A stretch of 64,000 bases of DNA from Alphaproteobacteria bacterium (GCA_963555825.3 CAUVXB020000002.1:2016001-2080000), one strand, 5' to 3'. Counted from the stretch's first letter, positions 44,768-55,521 are shown. Numbers and translations are program-made. The notes: a model not told the origin generated them from the sequence alone.

Positions 44768-46285
44768 TTAGTCCAGGATACTCACTCTACGCAGGGCGTC
44801 TTGCAGGATCGGTGACATCGATGTCCAAGCACCCCAATTGCGAGTCAGATCGCGCCACTTCGATATCCTGAATTCCGGATTCTGGGCCTGAAACTTGTCC
44901 GCCGTGGCATGAGCATCCGCCAGACGGCCCAGCCGGACCAAACACGTTATCCGGCACATTTGAAAGAACGCGCTGCTTGGACTCTTCCGTAGCCCCTGAT
45001 CCGCGTATTCCAAGCTTTCTTCAAAATGATTGAGTACGAGATGTGCCTTGGAGATTGCCATCTCACAGCGAAAACTTTGAGGGTCCCGAGGACTGAGACG
45101 CAGCGCCGTCTCGGCAAGCTTGATCGCCCTTCGCGCATCGCCATGGTAAGATTCGAGCAGCGCTAGACTGGCCCAGGCCCACGCGAAGCTCGGACATTGA
45201 CGGGTCACGTCTTCTACCAGCGACATCGCGCGGTGATTTTCATCGCTCATGAATCCAATCGCGTATCCGGCATAGGCTCGCGTCTCGGCATCGGCTTCGG
45301 GACTCATGAGCGCCTCCTCGGCCAGGCGAATCGAGGTCTCGCGTTGCGCTTCGGTCGGTGCGACGTAATGCCACCCGATTAGGGTCGTGCACCAGGCCCT
45401 AACGGCTTTCGCTTTCGCGTAATCGGGCGCGTGTGCGATCGCCTGGTCCAGCAAGCCGATGGCAGCGTCGATCTGAACGCTGTTCAAGGCCGCACGCGCT
45501 CTCAGATAAAGATCATATGCGGTCAGATTGTTCGGGCGCTTTCGTGTGGCACGCTCGATCTCAGCGAGCTGGATCTTCGGTCCAATTGCATTGACAACGG
45601 CTTCCGTGATCTCGTCCTGGAGGTCGAACACATCGTCCAGTTTCGATTCGTAACGGTCGGCCCAAATTTGGGTGGCAGTCTCCGTATCGACCAACTGTCC
45701 ATTCACACGCAGGCGGCCGCCAGCACGACGAACGCTGCCCTCGAGCACATAGCGAATGCCCAGTTCGTCGCCGACTTCGCGGACATCAATTGCCAAGCCC
45801 TTGTATATGAACGAGGAATTTCGAGCGATGACGAACAACCACGGGACGAAGGATAGGGCCGTTATGATTTCCTCACTGAGTCCGTCCGCAAAGTACTCCT
45901 CCTCGGGAACGCCCGAGATATTCGTGAAGGGCAGTACCGCGATCGAGGGCCTGTCGGGACGCGCGTGTCTATCGACATCCACTGGTCGGTCAACGGACTC
46001 GATACCGCCGAGAAAACGGTAGCCGCGACCGCGTACGGTTTCGATAAATATGGGATGCTTGGGGTCGTCGCCAAGGGCCAGGCGCAGATCGTGGACGTAC
46101 TCCTTGATCAGCCCCTCGGACACGAAAAGATCGCGCCAGACGCCCTCGAGGATGTCGTCCTTGGTAAGCAAGCGGTTCGGATTACTGACGAACAAACGCA
46201 GCAACTGAAAGGCTTTGTTGCTGATCTGCACGGGCTGATCGCCATGCCAAAGGCGCTCATCCCCGAGATCGAGCCTGTAGGTCAT
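44768..46285 (-). CDS. OmpR-type winged-helix + TolB-like + TPR regulator
   Basis: LRLALGD..IETVRGRGYRF, PSIAVLPFTNIS, YFADGLSEEII, TPR-like C-terminus; GGAGG RBS. Confidence 0.87.
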   Translation of the reverse strand: MTYRLDLGDERLWHGDQPVQISNKAFQLLRLFVSNPNRLLTKDDILEGVWRDLFVSEGLIKEYVHDLRLALGDDPKHPIFIETVRGRGYRFLGGIESVDRPVDVDRHARPDRPSIAVLPFTNISGVPEEEYFADGLSEEIITALSFVPWLFVIARNSSFIYKGLAIDVREVGDELGIRYVLEGSVRRAGGRLRVNGQLVDTETATQIWADRYESKLDDVFDLQDEITEAVVNAIGPKIQLAEIERATRKRPNNLTAYDLYLRARAALNSVQIDAAIGLLDQAIAHAPDYAKAKAVRAWCTTLIGWHYVAPTEAQRETSIRLAEEALMSPEADAETRAYAGYAIGFMSDENHRAMSLVEDVTRQCPSFAWAWASLALLESYHGDARRAIKLAETALRLSPRDPQSFRCEMAISKAHLVLNHFEESLEYADQGLRKSPSSAFFQMCRITCLVRLGRLADAHATADKFQAQNPEFRISKWRDLTRNWGAWTSMSPILQDALRRVSILD

Positions 46286-46470
46286 TTCCTCCACCTTGGT
46301 CACCCGATAGCGATGGAATGCAATCGTCGTCACGGGCCGGCACGGCAACGCTAATCACCGGCGCCGGCCTCAGAATCCACCAAAATTCCACCCCGATTCC
46401 ACACGCCGCGCCTCAGGCAGGACGATGATAGACATTCGTACGACCTTACGCCAAGACAAGGAGGAAAACG

Positions 46471-47322
46471 ATGCGACTCGAAAGATTTCTTAGAGCGACA
46501 GCGCTGTTGGGTATGGTCGACCTTGCGCCAGGCATCGCTTGGGCGGCAACCACGACCGAGGTGCAAGAACGCCTCGCCGACGGCGCGGCGGACGTCACGT
46601 TCAGTGTGTTGGCGACGGTCTCGGTCGCCACCTCGGTGACCGGTGCCGAGGCGGTGACGGAGGTCGTGTTGCCGCCAGCCGCACAGATTCCTTTTCAGCA
46701 GTATCTGGACGCGCCGCGCACGCTTGGCTCCAAGGCATTTGCCATCGACCCCGAAAGCGGGCAATCGGGACAGAGCACACGGCTCAGCCGACCCGGAATT
46801 GCGGTCGACCAAGCGATCGAGGACTGTCGGCGGCGATCCGCGCGCGACTGTCGCCTCTATGCGGTCGGCGACATCGTCGTGCTCGGCCTGGCCGACTGGA
46901 AGACCGAGGTCGCGATTATGCTCGATCAGGTCATGCCCGGCGCGACCAACGGCGATCTAGAGGCGGTGACGTCGGGCGACGGCGGCAAGGTAGCCACGGC
47001 ACTCAGGCGCTCGGTGCTCCACGCCGCCGCCGAGATGGGCAGCACCGACGCGGTCGCCGCGATGCTCGATCGGGGCATCGACATCGATGCCGGTTCGGAC
47101 ATCGGCGCGACGGCGCTGTCCTACGCGGCGAGCCGCGGCCAACACGAGGCCGTCGCGCTGTTGCTCGAACACGGCGCCGACGTCAACGCTCGCAACCGCG
47201 TCGGCAAGACGGCGCTGGGCCTCGCCGTGCTGGCGAACAATTTCGCGCGGCACCGCGACTACCTCGCCGCCGGTCACGTCGCGGTCATCCGCCTGCTCGA
47301 GGACGCCGGCGGGACCGAGTGA
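46471..47322 (+). CDS. Secreted ankyrin-repeat protein
   Basis: Signal peptide-like N-terminus; LHAAA, TALSYAASRG..LLEHGADVN, TALGLA; AGGAGG RBS. Confidence 0.82.
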   Translation: MRLERFLRATALLGMVDLAPGIAWAATTTEVQERLADGAADVTFSVLATVSVATSVTGAEAVTEVVLPPAAQIPFQQYLDAPRTLGSKAFAIDPESGQSGQSTRLSRPGIAVDQAIEDCRRRSARDCRLYAVGDIVVLGLADWKTEVAIMLDQVMPGATNGDLEAVTSGDGGKVATALRRSVLHAAAEMGSTDAVAAMLDRGIDIDAGSDIGATALSYAASRGQHEAVALLLEHGADVNARNRVGKTALGLAVLANNFARHRDYLAAGHVAVIRLLEDAGGTE

Positions 47323-47329
47323 GCGTTGC

Positions 47330-47539
47330 AATTATGCGGCTGTGGGCGCCGACAACGTACAAGCCAAGACCGTCGAGGTTGCCTGAGTGGCAAATCGGTC
47401 GTCATGTCCGGCTGTGGCGAACAGGAGACCTCCAGCAAACCAGGTTGTGAGGTCCGCTCTCTGATCGGAACCAGACCGGGCCGCCGTGTCATCGCGCCTC
47501 GGCCACTCTGGGTCCGCTTAACGCGCTTCAGCGGACGTT
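47330..47539. repeat. Cluster of family-P palindromes between cargo genes
   Basis: ATGTCCGGCTGTGGCGAACAGGAGACCT (47404-47431), AGGTCCGCTCTCTGATCGGAACCAGACC (47450-47477), GGGTCCGCTTAACGCGCTTCAGCGGACGTT (47510-47539). Confidence 0.72.
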
Positions 47540-47907
47540 CATGGCACCGCGTGGCAAACGGTGAACTCTCGACAGAATTTAGCCCGCTTCACCGGCGCGA
47601 TATTCGACTCGGAGACCCTTCCCCCTTGCGCAAACTCGACCCCGCCGCCGCCCTCCGGTGAGGGCGACACGTGGCAGTGACATCGCGCTGATGTCATGTG
47701 GGGTTCTCGGAGCGGGTGAGGCGATCACCGGCTAATCGGTGGCAAGTCGGTGCGGGTCGAATGCGCGAGCGCTGCGAGGTTGCATCGTCGCGTTTTTGGC
47801 CAGCTGCGCAAGGGATGCCGTTTTCTCGCCGGTGGAACGGTGGTACGATTTCCCTGAATTTGGGGGTAATCTGGGAAATGCCCGCTTATGACATTCGTGG
47901 CCGCTCG

Positions 47908-48274
47908 GTGAAGTATCTGGTCGCGTTCCTTCTTGCGCTTGTGCCCGCCGGCCCAGCGGCCGCCGAAACGCACACGTCCGCAAGCGCGATGGCCACCTCG
48001 ATGGCGCAGCATTTCGTGCAGGAACAGTTCATGTTCGGAGCCATGGGCGATGTCCATTACCATATCGAGTTCGACATCTCCTACCTGGTGCCGCAGCCCG
48101 AACCGAATTACTGGGCCGTCGTCGGCGGCTTCGTATCCGACCAGAGTACCCCCCAACAGCTTCGTCGCCGCGGTCCGGCTCATTTGTCCGGACCAGGCCA
48201 GGGTAGCGTGTTGGCGGCTCGAGAAACTTGCCATAAACCGAAAGATCGTCGTCGATCTGGGACAGCCGCTTTGA
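47908..48274 (+). pseudogene. Secreted hypothetical protein, frameshifted in a C run near 48149-48154
   Basis: Signal peptide MKYLVAFLLALVPAGPAAA; protein-like reading continues in another frame (NSFVAAVRLIC..CWRLEKL). Confidence 0.5.
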
Positions 48275-48413
48275 GTATGGCCGGGCTGCCCAATACCCTG
48301 CCTTTTCGGGCCGACCAATGGTCGGTGGATGTACGCGAAACCCGGCGTCGGCGCGTCGCACAATAGATGGTTTTCGCGACAATCGATGCTCAAACGACGA
48401 ATAGGATAATGAG

Positions 48414-48764
48414 ATGACTGCAATCAATCTTTCAAAAAAGTTGGAAACCTTCTCTGAGTATTGGTCACCAAAAATCGTATCCTCATTTAATGGGCATGAT
48501 GTGATGGTGGTTAAGGTGAAGGGTGAATTTGTTTGGCACTCTCACGACGATACAGACGACTTTTTCATGGTGTTGGATGGCAATCTAAAAATCGAGATGA
48601 AAGAAGGCGATGTCACTCTAGAAGCGGGTGATTTGTATGTTGTTCCAAAGGGCGTTGAGCATCGACCTGTTGCGGAGGAGGAAGCCCATTTGCTTTTGAT
48701 TGAACCGCACGGGACACCAAACACTGGTGATGAAGCAACAGCCGCGAAGAAAGTGGGAATCTAA
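48414..48764 (+). CDS. Cupin domain protein (low GC)
   Basis: EYWSPKIV, GEFVWHSHDDTDDFF, VPKGVEHRP. Confidence 0.9.
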   Translation: MTAINLSKKLETFSEYWSPKIVSSFNGHDVMVVKVKGEFVWHSHDDTDDFFMVLDGNLKIEMKEGDVTLEAGDLYVVPKGVEHRPVAEEEAHLLLIEPHGTPNTGDEATAAKKVGI

Positions 48765-48810
48765 AATCCCTATCCGTTGCAAAAAGGATCCGATTCGAGC
48801 GGGCCTGCTT

Positions 48811-48884
48811 ATGACGGCTCTTGGTTGGTTGCCGACCTCGTGGAGCCTCGACCGCACTGTCCGTTTGCCGATCGGAAGCCGACG
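48811..48884. repeat. Two family-P palindromes at right border of island
   Basis: ATGACGGCTCTTGGTTGGTTGCCGACCT (48811-48838), TGTCCGTTTGCCGATCGGAAGCCGACG (48858-48884). Confidence 0.68.
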
Positions 48885-48940
48885 GCGGCGCGCCGTGTTC
48901 CCGCCCTTGCGTCGATCTCTGTACCACGGCGCGGCGATGC

Positions 48941-49309
48941 CTAGTACCGCTCGGCCCACCGGCTGCGGTCGTAGGGTGGTTCGCCGGCGTCGCCGAAGTA
49001 TTCGCGGGCGTGGGCCAGGCGGCCTGCGCGCATGGTGAAAACCGAGACGGCGTGCACCGTCGCCCGGCCGTCGCCGATCTCGACCTCGCTGATGACCGTG
49101 TCGCCCAACCCGTGAAGGTGCCGCAGATGGCAGCGCCAGCGGCCCGGATAGGCGGCGTTGAGCGCGATGAAGTTGTCGGGCCCGGCGATGCGCTCGCGGG
49201 TCTGCGGCCAGTCGGCCGAGAAGTCGTCGGCCAGCAGCGGGCGCACCGCGTCGAAACGCCCTTCGTCGAACAGCCGCCACAACGCACGCACCGCGTCTTC
49301 GCCGCTCAT
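48941..49309 (-). CDS. NTF2/SnoaL-like protein
   Basis: DWPQTRERIAG..NAAYPG.W, EYF. Confidence 0.82.
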   Translation of the reverse strand: MSGEDAVRALWRLFDEGRFDAVRPLLADDFSADWPQTRERIAGPDNFIALNAAYPGRWRCHLRHLHGLGDTVISEVEIGDGRATVHAVSVFTMRAGRLAHAREYFGDAGEPPYDRSRWAERY

Positions 49310-49412
49310 CGCCCTAGCCCCCGGAATTCCGATTTGGCGAGTCTAGCACGACCCTGGCCTGGCGGTGGTCCGCGGCCTAAACTCGCATCGACGGGCAATT
49401 CTGGAGGGCGTC

Positions 49413-49841
49413 ATGACCGGCTTCATCGAGAGCCACCGCGTGGTGGTCTATCCCTGGCATTGCGACCACCAGGGCCACATGACGACGATGCACTACGTCG
49501 GCATGTTCGACGCCGCGTTCTGGCACCATCTCTCGTCGATGGGCTTCACGCGGCCCTATCTGGAGGCCGCCAACCACGGCTTCGCCGACGTCAAGGACAC
49601 CATCGAGTACAAGGCCGAGGTGCCGGTCGGCGCGCGCATCGTCATCGAGAGCGGGCTCTTGAAGGTCGGCCGCTCGTCGATCACGGCGCTCCACGTGATG
49701 CGCGACGCGGACACCGGCGAGACCGCCGCGACGTCGGAGAAGATCACCGTCTACTTCGACTTCGCGACCCGCCAGAGCGCGCCCATCCCCGACGACATGC
49801 GCCCCGCGCTGGAGGCCTTCCTGGTCGAGCGGCCGGACTAG
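49413..49841 (+). CDS. Acyl-CoA thioesterase (4HBT/hotdog)
   Basis: VYPWHCDHQGHM, VGRSS; GGAGG RBS. Confidence 0.85.
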   Translation: MTGFIESHRVVVYPWHCDHQGHMTTMHYVGMFDAAFWHHLSSMGFTRPYLEAANHGFADVKDTIEYKAEVPVGARIVIESGLLKVGRSSITALHVMRDADTGETAATSEKITVYFDFATRQSAPIPDDMRPALEAFLVERPD

Positions 49842-49857
49842 GGGACCCGCGAGCCCC

Positions 49858-51249
49858 TCACTCTGGCGGCTGGTAGAGCTCGCTCTCGACGCCCATGTAA
49901 CCGTCCCAGGCGAACCAGTAGGCGACGTGGCCGGGCAGCCGGTCGAGCTGCGTGCCGTCGGGGCCGACGAGCGCAGCTTCCTCGACGCGCCAGAGCTCGC
50001 CGCCGGGGCCGCGAAGGGCGGCGTCGCCGATGCCGGCCTCGAAGGCCCGGTCGCCCCGGTCGTAGGCGCGCACGCTGCGCGTCGCGGCATCGCCGACCAG
50101 CACGACGCGGCGCTGCCCGATGCGGTCGTTGATCACCCGGCCGCCCTGGAAGGCGGCGAGCGGCCACGCCTTGGCGGCGGCGACGTCGCGGATGCCGAAG
50201 ACGTAGTCCTTGCCCTTGAGCCGCGCCTCGTCGACCCGGGTCGGGAACATCAGCTCGTCGCTCGCGAAATACTCGGCGTAGACGGCGCCCGAGCCGTAGT
50301 CGCGCGAATGACCGGTGTCGAGCGACAGCACGCGGCTGTCCGGGTGCGCGGCGCGCCACGCGGCCCAGCTGGTGATCAACACCGGGCGGATCGCGAGCAC
50401 GATGCCGCTATCGACCAGCGGGCCGACGACCGGCTCGCCGGTGAACTGGTTCCACAGGCTGTCGGTCTGGCGGTCGAACATCAGCTTGTTCGAGCGGTAC
50501 AACAGCCCCGACGAGCCGAACACGAAGGGCGTCTCACGGCCCTGAACCTGGCTCTCGAACAGGATACCCGAGCCGCACAGCGTGCAGTAGGCGAGCGCCA
50601 CCGGCACGCCGCCGATGACCTCGTTGAACATCTCGTGCCAGCCCATGATGCGCAGCGGATAGGCGCGCGCGTCGCCGTTGATCTCGACGCCGAACACCAG
50701 GTCGTCGCCGCGCAGGTAGCCGGCTTGCCTCCCGGCGATCAGCGTCGGGTTGTCGAGCGAGGGGATGCCGTCGACCGGGACGCCGCCCCAGGTGATCTCC
50801 TCGAGGCGGATGCGCATCGCCTCGGGGCGGACCCATTCGGGTCTGAAGAAACGCAGGAACTCGGGGTCGATGCGCTGGAGGACATCGAGCTTGAGCGCGG
50901 CGTAGCTCGGATGCGGCGCGATCTCGGGGTGCGCCTCCTGCCAGACCATCCAGTCGAACCAGCCGCGCGCCTGGTGGCCGGTCAGATCGCTCAGCACGCG
51001 CGACAGGTCGCCGCCGGCATAGCGCCGGTAGCGCAGCGCCAGGACCAGCGCGGCGGCGACGTCCGTGTTGCCGCGCCCGCGCAGCGCCGCGAGCGCGCCC
51101 TGCAGCTCGTCGCCGGCGCCGAACAACAGCGTCCGCGAATGCCGCGCGACCGCGTCGTCGTCGGCAGCGGCGAACGCCGCGCCTCCTACGAGCGATAGAG
51201 CGAGCACAATCGGCGCCAGGCGTCCGAGCCTCGATATCCGGGCGATCAT
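49858..51249 (-). CDS. DUF3179-domain exported protein
   Basis: Signal peptide; WGGVPVDGIPSL, RAYPL..WHE, YCTLCGS, GLLYRSN, YWFAW. Confidence 0.85.
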   Translation of the reverse strand: MIARISRLGRLAPIVLALSLVGGAAFAAADDDAVARHSRTLLFGAGDELQGALAALRGRGNTDVAAALVLALRYRRYAGGDLSRVLSDLTGHQARGWFDWMVWQEAHPEIAPHPSYAALKLDVLQRIDPEFLRFFRPEWVRPEAMRIRLEEITWGGVPVDGIPSLDNPTLIAGRQAGYLRGDDLVFGVEINGDARAYPLRIMGWHEMFNEVIGGVPVALAYCTLCGSGILFESQVQGRETPFVFGSSGLLYRSNKLMFDRQTDSLWNQFTGEPVVGPLVDSGIVLAIRPVLITSWAAWRAAHPDSRVLSLDTGHSRDYGSGAVYAEYFASDELMFPTRVDEARLKGKDYVFGIRDVAAAKAWPLAAFQGGRVINDRIGQRRVVLVGDAATRSVRAYDRGDRAFEAGIGDAALRGPGGELWRVEEAALVGPDGTQLDRLPGHVAYWFAWDGYMGVESELYQPPE

Positions 51250-51424
51250 GTCGACGGTCCTCCGAAACGGCCTCTCGCCAGAATATAGCGCCGCCACCGG
51301 CCGTCGGGGACCCCGCTCACCGCAACGTGTCCGGCCGTGACCGCGCCGATCGTCGGCGCTGGCAATTGTATGTCCCGGCGGCCTACACTCAGGCCGTCGC
51401 TTATTGCGGGAGGAACGGGCAAGA

Positions 51425-52951
51425 ATGGTCGCCCATGTGTCGACGGTCGCCTTCCACGGCATCGAGGCGCGCGCCGTCGACGTCCAGGTCCACATGGCCT
51501 CGGGCCTACCGAGCTTCACCATCGTCGGCCTGCCCGACAAGGCGGTCGCCGAATCGCGCGAGCGCGTGCGCGCGGCCTTGGGCGCGTTGGGCCTGGCGCT
51601 GCCGCCCAAGCGCATCACCGTCAACCTGGCGCCGGCGGACGTCTTGAAGGAGGGCAGCCACTTCGACCTGCCGATCGCGCTCGGCCTGTTGATCGCCATG
51701 GGCGCGCTGCCGGCCGACGGCGTCGCCGGCTTCGTCGCGCTCGGCGAGTTGGGCCTCGACGGCGCGATCCTGCCGGTCGCCGGCGTGCTGCCGGCGACGA
51801 TCGGCGGCGCGGCCACCGGGCGCGGCGTCATCTGCCCGGCGGCCAACGGCGGCGAGGCGGCCTGGGCCGACGGCCCCGGCGTGCTGGCGGCGCCCTCGCT
51901 CTTGGCGCTGATCAACCATTTCAAGGGCACGCAGGTGCTGAACCCGCCCGAGCCGCGCCTCGCCGAGCCGCCCGCCGCCTACCCCGATCTGCGCGACATC
52001 AAGGGCCAGGAGACCGCCAAGCGGGCGCGGGAGGTCGCCGCGGCGGGTGCGCACAACTTGCTGATGATCGGCCCGCCGGGCGCCGGCAAGTCGATGCTCG
52101 CGCTGCGCCTGCCCGGCCTTTTGCCGCCGCTGACGCCGTCCGAGGTGCTCGAGGTCAGCATGATCCAGTCGGTCGCCGGCCAGCTCGTCGACGGCGGCCT
52201 GACCCGGCGCCGGCCGTTCCGCGACCCGCATCATTCGTCGTCGTTGCCCGCCATGGTCGGCGGCGGCCAGCGCGCCCGGCCCGGCGAGGTCTCGCTCGCA
52301 CACCTAGGTGTGCTGTTTCTGGATGAACTCCCCGAGTTTGCCCGCCAGACGCTCGAATCGCTGCGCCAGCCGATCGAGAACGGGCGCGCCGTGGTGGCGC
52401 GCGCCAATGCGCATGTCGCCTATCCGGCGCGCGTCCAGATGATCGCCGCGATGAACCCGTGCCGCTGCGGCTATCTGGCCGATCCCGCGCGCGCCTGCAC
52501 GCGCGCGCGGCGCTGCGCCTTCGACTACCAGGCCAAGATCTCGGGCCCGATGTTCGACCGCATCGACCTCCACGTCGAGGTGCCCGACGTCAGCGCCGCC
52601 GATCTGACCCTGCCGCCGCCCGCCGAGGGCTCGGCTGAGGTCGCCGAACGCATCGCCAAGGCGCGGGCGATCCAGCGCGCCCGCTACGCCGGCGAGACCG
52701 ACGCGCAAGGCCGCCCGGTCCGCACCAACGCCGAGGCCGACGGTGAGCTCCTGGGCGCCGTCGCGACCCCGGACGACGCCGGCGCCGCGCTGCTGACGCA
52801 GGCGACCGAGCAACTAAAGCTCTCCGCCCGAGGCTATCACCGCGTGCTGAAGGTGGCGCGCACACTGGCCGACCTCGACGGCGCCGACGGCGTGGCGCGC
52901 CTGCACGTTGCGGAGGCGCTGAGTTATCGGCGGATTTTGTTGGGCCGCTAG
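51425..52951 (+). CDS. comM: YifB/ComM Mg-chelatase-like AAA+ ATPase
   Basis: RITVNLAPAD, GPPGAGKS, FRDPHH, LFLDELPEF, AAMNPCRCG, LSARG. Confidence 0.92.
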   Translation: MVAHVSTVAFHGIEARAVDVQVHMASGLPSFTIVGLPDKAVAESRERVRAALGALGLALPPKRITVNLAPADVLKEGSHFDLPIALGLLIAMGALPADGVAGFVALGELGLDGAILPVAGVLPATIGGAATGRGVICPAANGGEAAWADGPGVLAAPSLLALINHFKGTQVLNPPEPRLAEPPAAYPDLRDIKGQETAKRAREVAAAGAHNLLMIGPPGAGKSMLALRLPGLLPPLTPSEVLEVSMIQSVAGQLVDGGLTRRRPFRDPHHSSSLPAMVGGGQRARPGEVSLAHLGVLFLDELPEFARQTLESLRQPIENGRAVVARANAHVAYPARVQMIAAMNPCRCGYLADPARACTRARRCAFDYQAKISGPMFDRIDLHVEVPDVSAADLTLPPPAEGSAEVAERIAKARAIQRARYAGETDAQGRPVRTNAEADGELLGAVATPDDAGAALLTQATEQLKLSARGYHRVLKVARTLADLDGADGVARLHVAEALSYRRILLGR

Positions 52952-53142
52952 GCTCTTCGCTTTTTCCCACTGCCCCTATTAGCGGATGAACCTTCACTTA
53001 CTTGGGAAGAGGATGAACGCATGCTTGCTCCCGAAGCTTGCACATATTGACGCATTGCCTCGCGTTTCCAATCGTCCCATCCTTCAACTTCCCTTTTTGC
53101 CTCTCGTAGCTGGTGCCCTAGCCACCCCTGCTTTCGCGCCAC
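52948..53142 (-). CDS. Small hypothetical protein downstream of the dCTP deaminase
   Basis: GGAGGTG RBS before GTG; MARKQGWLGHQLREAKREVEGWDDWKR. Confidence 0.55.
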   Translation of the reverse strand: MARKQGWLGHQLREAKREVEGWDDWKREAMRQYVQASGASMRSSSSQVSEGSSANRGSGKKRRA

Positions 53143-53157
53143 AATACACCTCCCAGT

Positions 53158-54740
53158 TTACGTCGATATCGATGGTGGAATGAGTCCAAGTTCCTCAGCA
53201 CGTGCCTCTAGAAGATCAGTAAAACCAGCTTCTAAGTCTCGGTGAGCTGGTTAATGAATTCGTTTTTCCGGATTCAATCGCGGAATTGCTTTCGGTGCTT
53301 CCCAGTCAAGGGCAAAACCCTTTTCGTCTTTGCGTTCGGGTTTCTCAAACAGAGTTAGATACTTCCGAGGAGCGATTCCAACAAATCCAGAAAACATCAC
53401 TGCATCGTCATCAGACGCACCTTGATCAATCGAAACCATTTTTTCATACAATTTTTGGTCATGCTTTTTGGATAAGGTTCAATATAAATCACTCGATCAA
53501 ATCCAGAAGATATTATATGTCTAGCACACATATGACAGGGGAATGTAGTGCAATAAAGTGTTGTTCCCCTAACCGAATTACCTCTTCTTGCTGCATCTGA
53601 AATCGCAGCCATTTCCGCATGAACTATTCTTCCAAATTCTATTACACTGGCTAGTCTCGTATCGCGAAGATAGCCTTCATTTCCTGCTCCCAATAATTCT
53701 TCGGCAATTTTCTCAGAAAGAGTATCCTTGGCCTTCTTCGTAACCCATTGATTATCTTTTAATTTGTCAAAAATTTCGGCGATCATCTCCCGTTGCATTA
53801 ATGCGCTTGTATCCCACCCAAGTCGAAAGTCTCGATAATCCTTGTCACTAGCAGTTTTTCCTTCCCAAACAGACCCACCGGTAGCCTTAGGAACTTCGTT
53901 GCAACCTGTAGCAACAATCTCGCCATCGTGTGTAGCAATTACTGCGCCCACTTGACGCGATAGGTCGCTCGACCGTAGTGCCGCAGCCTTTGCATGAAAC
54001 ATTCCATATTCGTCAACTGAAGGAGTTGTAAACTGATAGCCAAATATTATTTCAATGAACCGTCTAATTTGTTTTCTTATGTTATTTTTTTCATTAATGA
54101 ATATATCGCCAGAAGGAAAAGTGTCTCTAACATCTTGGCCGAAATCGTCACCAACTTCTTTGGAATCTTTGTCGACCAAAATTTTTGCGACTTCTATGAA
54201 TTTTTGTGTGTTTCGATCATTTCTAGATTTTGCAATTCGTTTTGCCAAATTTTCCAATCTGTCGCTTTCCGGTGCATACACCGAAATCAAGAAAAATGAG
54301 TCACCATATATTTCACGGAGTGTGCGAATTTCATCGGGATGTTTTAGGGAATTGAAAATTTAGGCTTGTCTAGGGATCAGTTGTTTCGGACTCTGAGTTT
54401 TATCCTCTCGAAAATTGCGAACTGCGCTTACTGCCAAATGCGCGACCGCGTCCCCTCGTTTGGAACAACGTCGGAGATCGTCACCTGCCTTCATATGTTC
54501 ATCAATTCGAACATCTTCGGGGCCAGAATGTGTCGCCTTTAGGTTTTTGTATTTGTGACAGCTCGCAAGAAGTTGACTGAGACGAATTTCATGTGAGCTG
54601 TATCTTACCGCCTTAAGCTCTTTGTCGAGAACCCGCGAGATTTTTTGCAAATCGGAGCCCACTGCGCCAACCAACCCAAACTGGAGCTCGGGAGTGGAGT
54701 CTACTTGAAACTCCGTATTGGGCCGCGTCGAGCCTACCAC
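53158..54740 (-). pseudogene. Anti-phage dCTP deaminase (P-loop kinase + deaminase, AvcD-like), disrupted
   Basis: GLVGAVGS, SLKHPDE, RSSDLSRQVGA, GCNEVP, VHAEMAAI, TFPCHMCA, IEPYPKS; in-frame TAA at 54360-54362, frameshift in A run at ~53451-53456, probable TAA at 53251-53253; low GC. Confidence 0.85.
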
Positions 54741-54945
54741 AACAAACTACTCATAGATCGGTGCAGTGCTGATCGGCGACTCAGATTTGGATGGTATCTT
54801 GGGGGCAACATGCGCCATTGAATCAGATTCTCGTCAATTGGGGAAGCCCCGAGATACAGACGGGTCCATGCATCCACGTTGCGGAGGCGCCGCGTTATCG
54901 GCGAATATGGCTCAGGCGCTAACCACAACCAACCAGGAGGACGCG

Positions 54946-55410
54946 ATGAGCGAAGCGACGGACAAGGCGAGCGGCGGCTGCATGTGCGGCGCGGTGCGCT
55001 ACGAGGCGACGGGGGAGCCGTTCTCGGTGACCCATTGTCACTGTCTCAGTTGCCGGAAGCATACCGGGGCGCCGGTGGTCACGCTGTTGGGCTACACGGC
55101 CGATCAGGTGAAGTTCAGCGGCGACGAGCGGAAGATCTACGAATCATCGCCCGGGGTCGGGCGGGCGTTCTGCGGCAAATGCGGCACGCCGCTGACCTGG
55201 GAGGGCGACGGCGGCGAGATGGGCCCGCTGGTCGAGATCCATATCTCGACGCTCGACGCGCCGGATGCGTTCGTGCCGACCAGCCACGCGTTCCACCCGG
55301 AACGCATCGCCTGGTTCGACATCGCCGATGGCCTGCCGCGCTATGCCGGTTTCGCGGGCGACAGCGAGACGATCCAAGACGGCCCGGTCGGCGACGGCCT
55401 GCCCGGTTGA
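54946..55410 (+). CDS. GFA family protein
   Basis: GGCMCGAVRY, HCHCLSCRK, FCGKCGTPL; AGGAGG RBS. Confidence 0.92.
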   Translation: MSEATDKASGGCMCGAVRYEATGEPFSVTHCHCLSCRKHTGAPVVTLLGYTADQVKFSGDERKIYESSPGVGRAFCGKCGTPLTWEGDGGEMGPLVEIHISTLDAPDAFVPTSHAFHPERIAWFDIADGLPRYAGFAGDSETIQDGPVGDGLPG

Positions 55411-55521
55411 CGCTCGATCCGGCGGCGTCGCCGACGAGGTCGAGGACTTGACGGAAAATGCGGGATGGGTAGCGCTGGTGCCCGAGTACGGCTAGAGCCT
55501 AATCGGATCGGGCTCGAACCG

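Noticed and set aside
47330-47539. Repeat cluster as a possible CRISPR array or integron attC array
   Set aside because: Units are too divergent and irregularly spaced; no cas or integrase gene and no attC architecture. Reported as family P instead.
51250-51930. Long N-terminal extension of the DUF3179 ORF
   Set aside because: Overlaps comM antisense; a signal peptide starts at 51249.
53251-54362. TAA recoding (stop read as Tyr) in the deaminase
   Set aside because: The gene also has a frameshift and TAA ends other genes in the window normally; decay or sequencing error is simpler.
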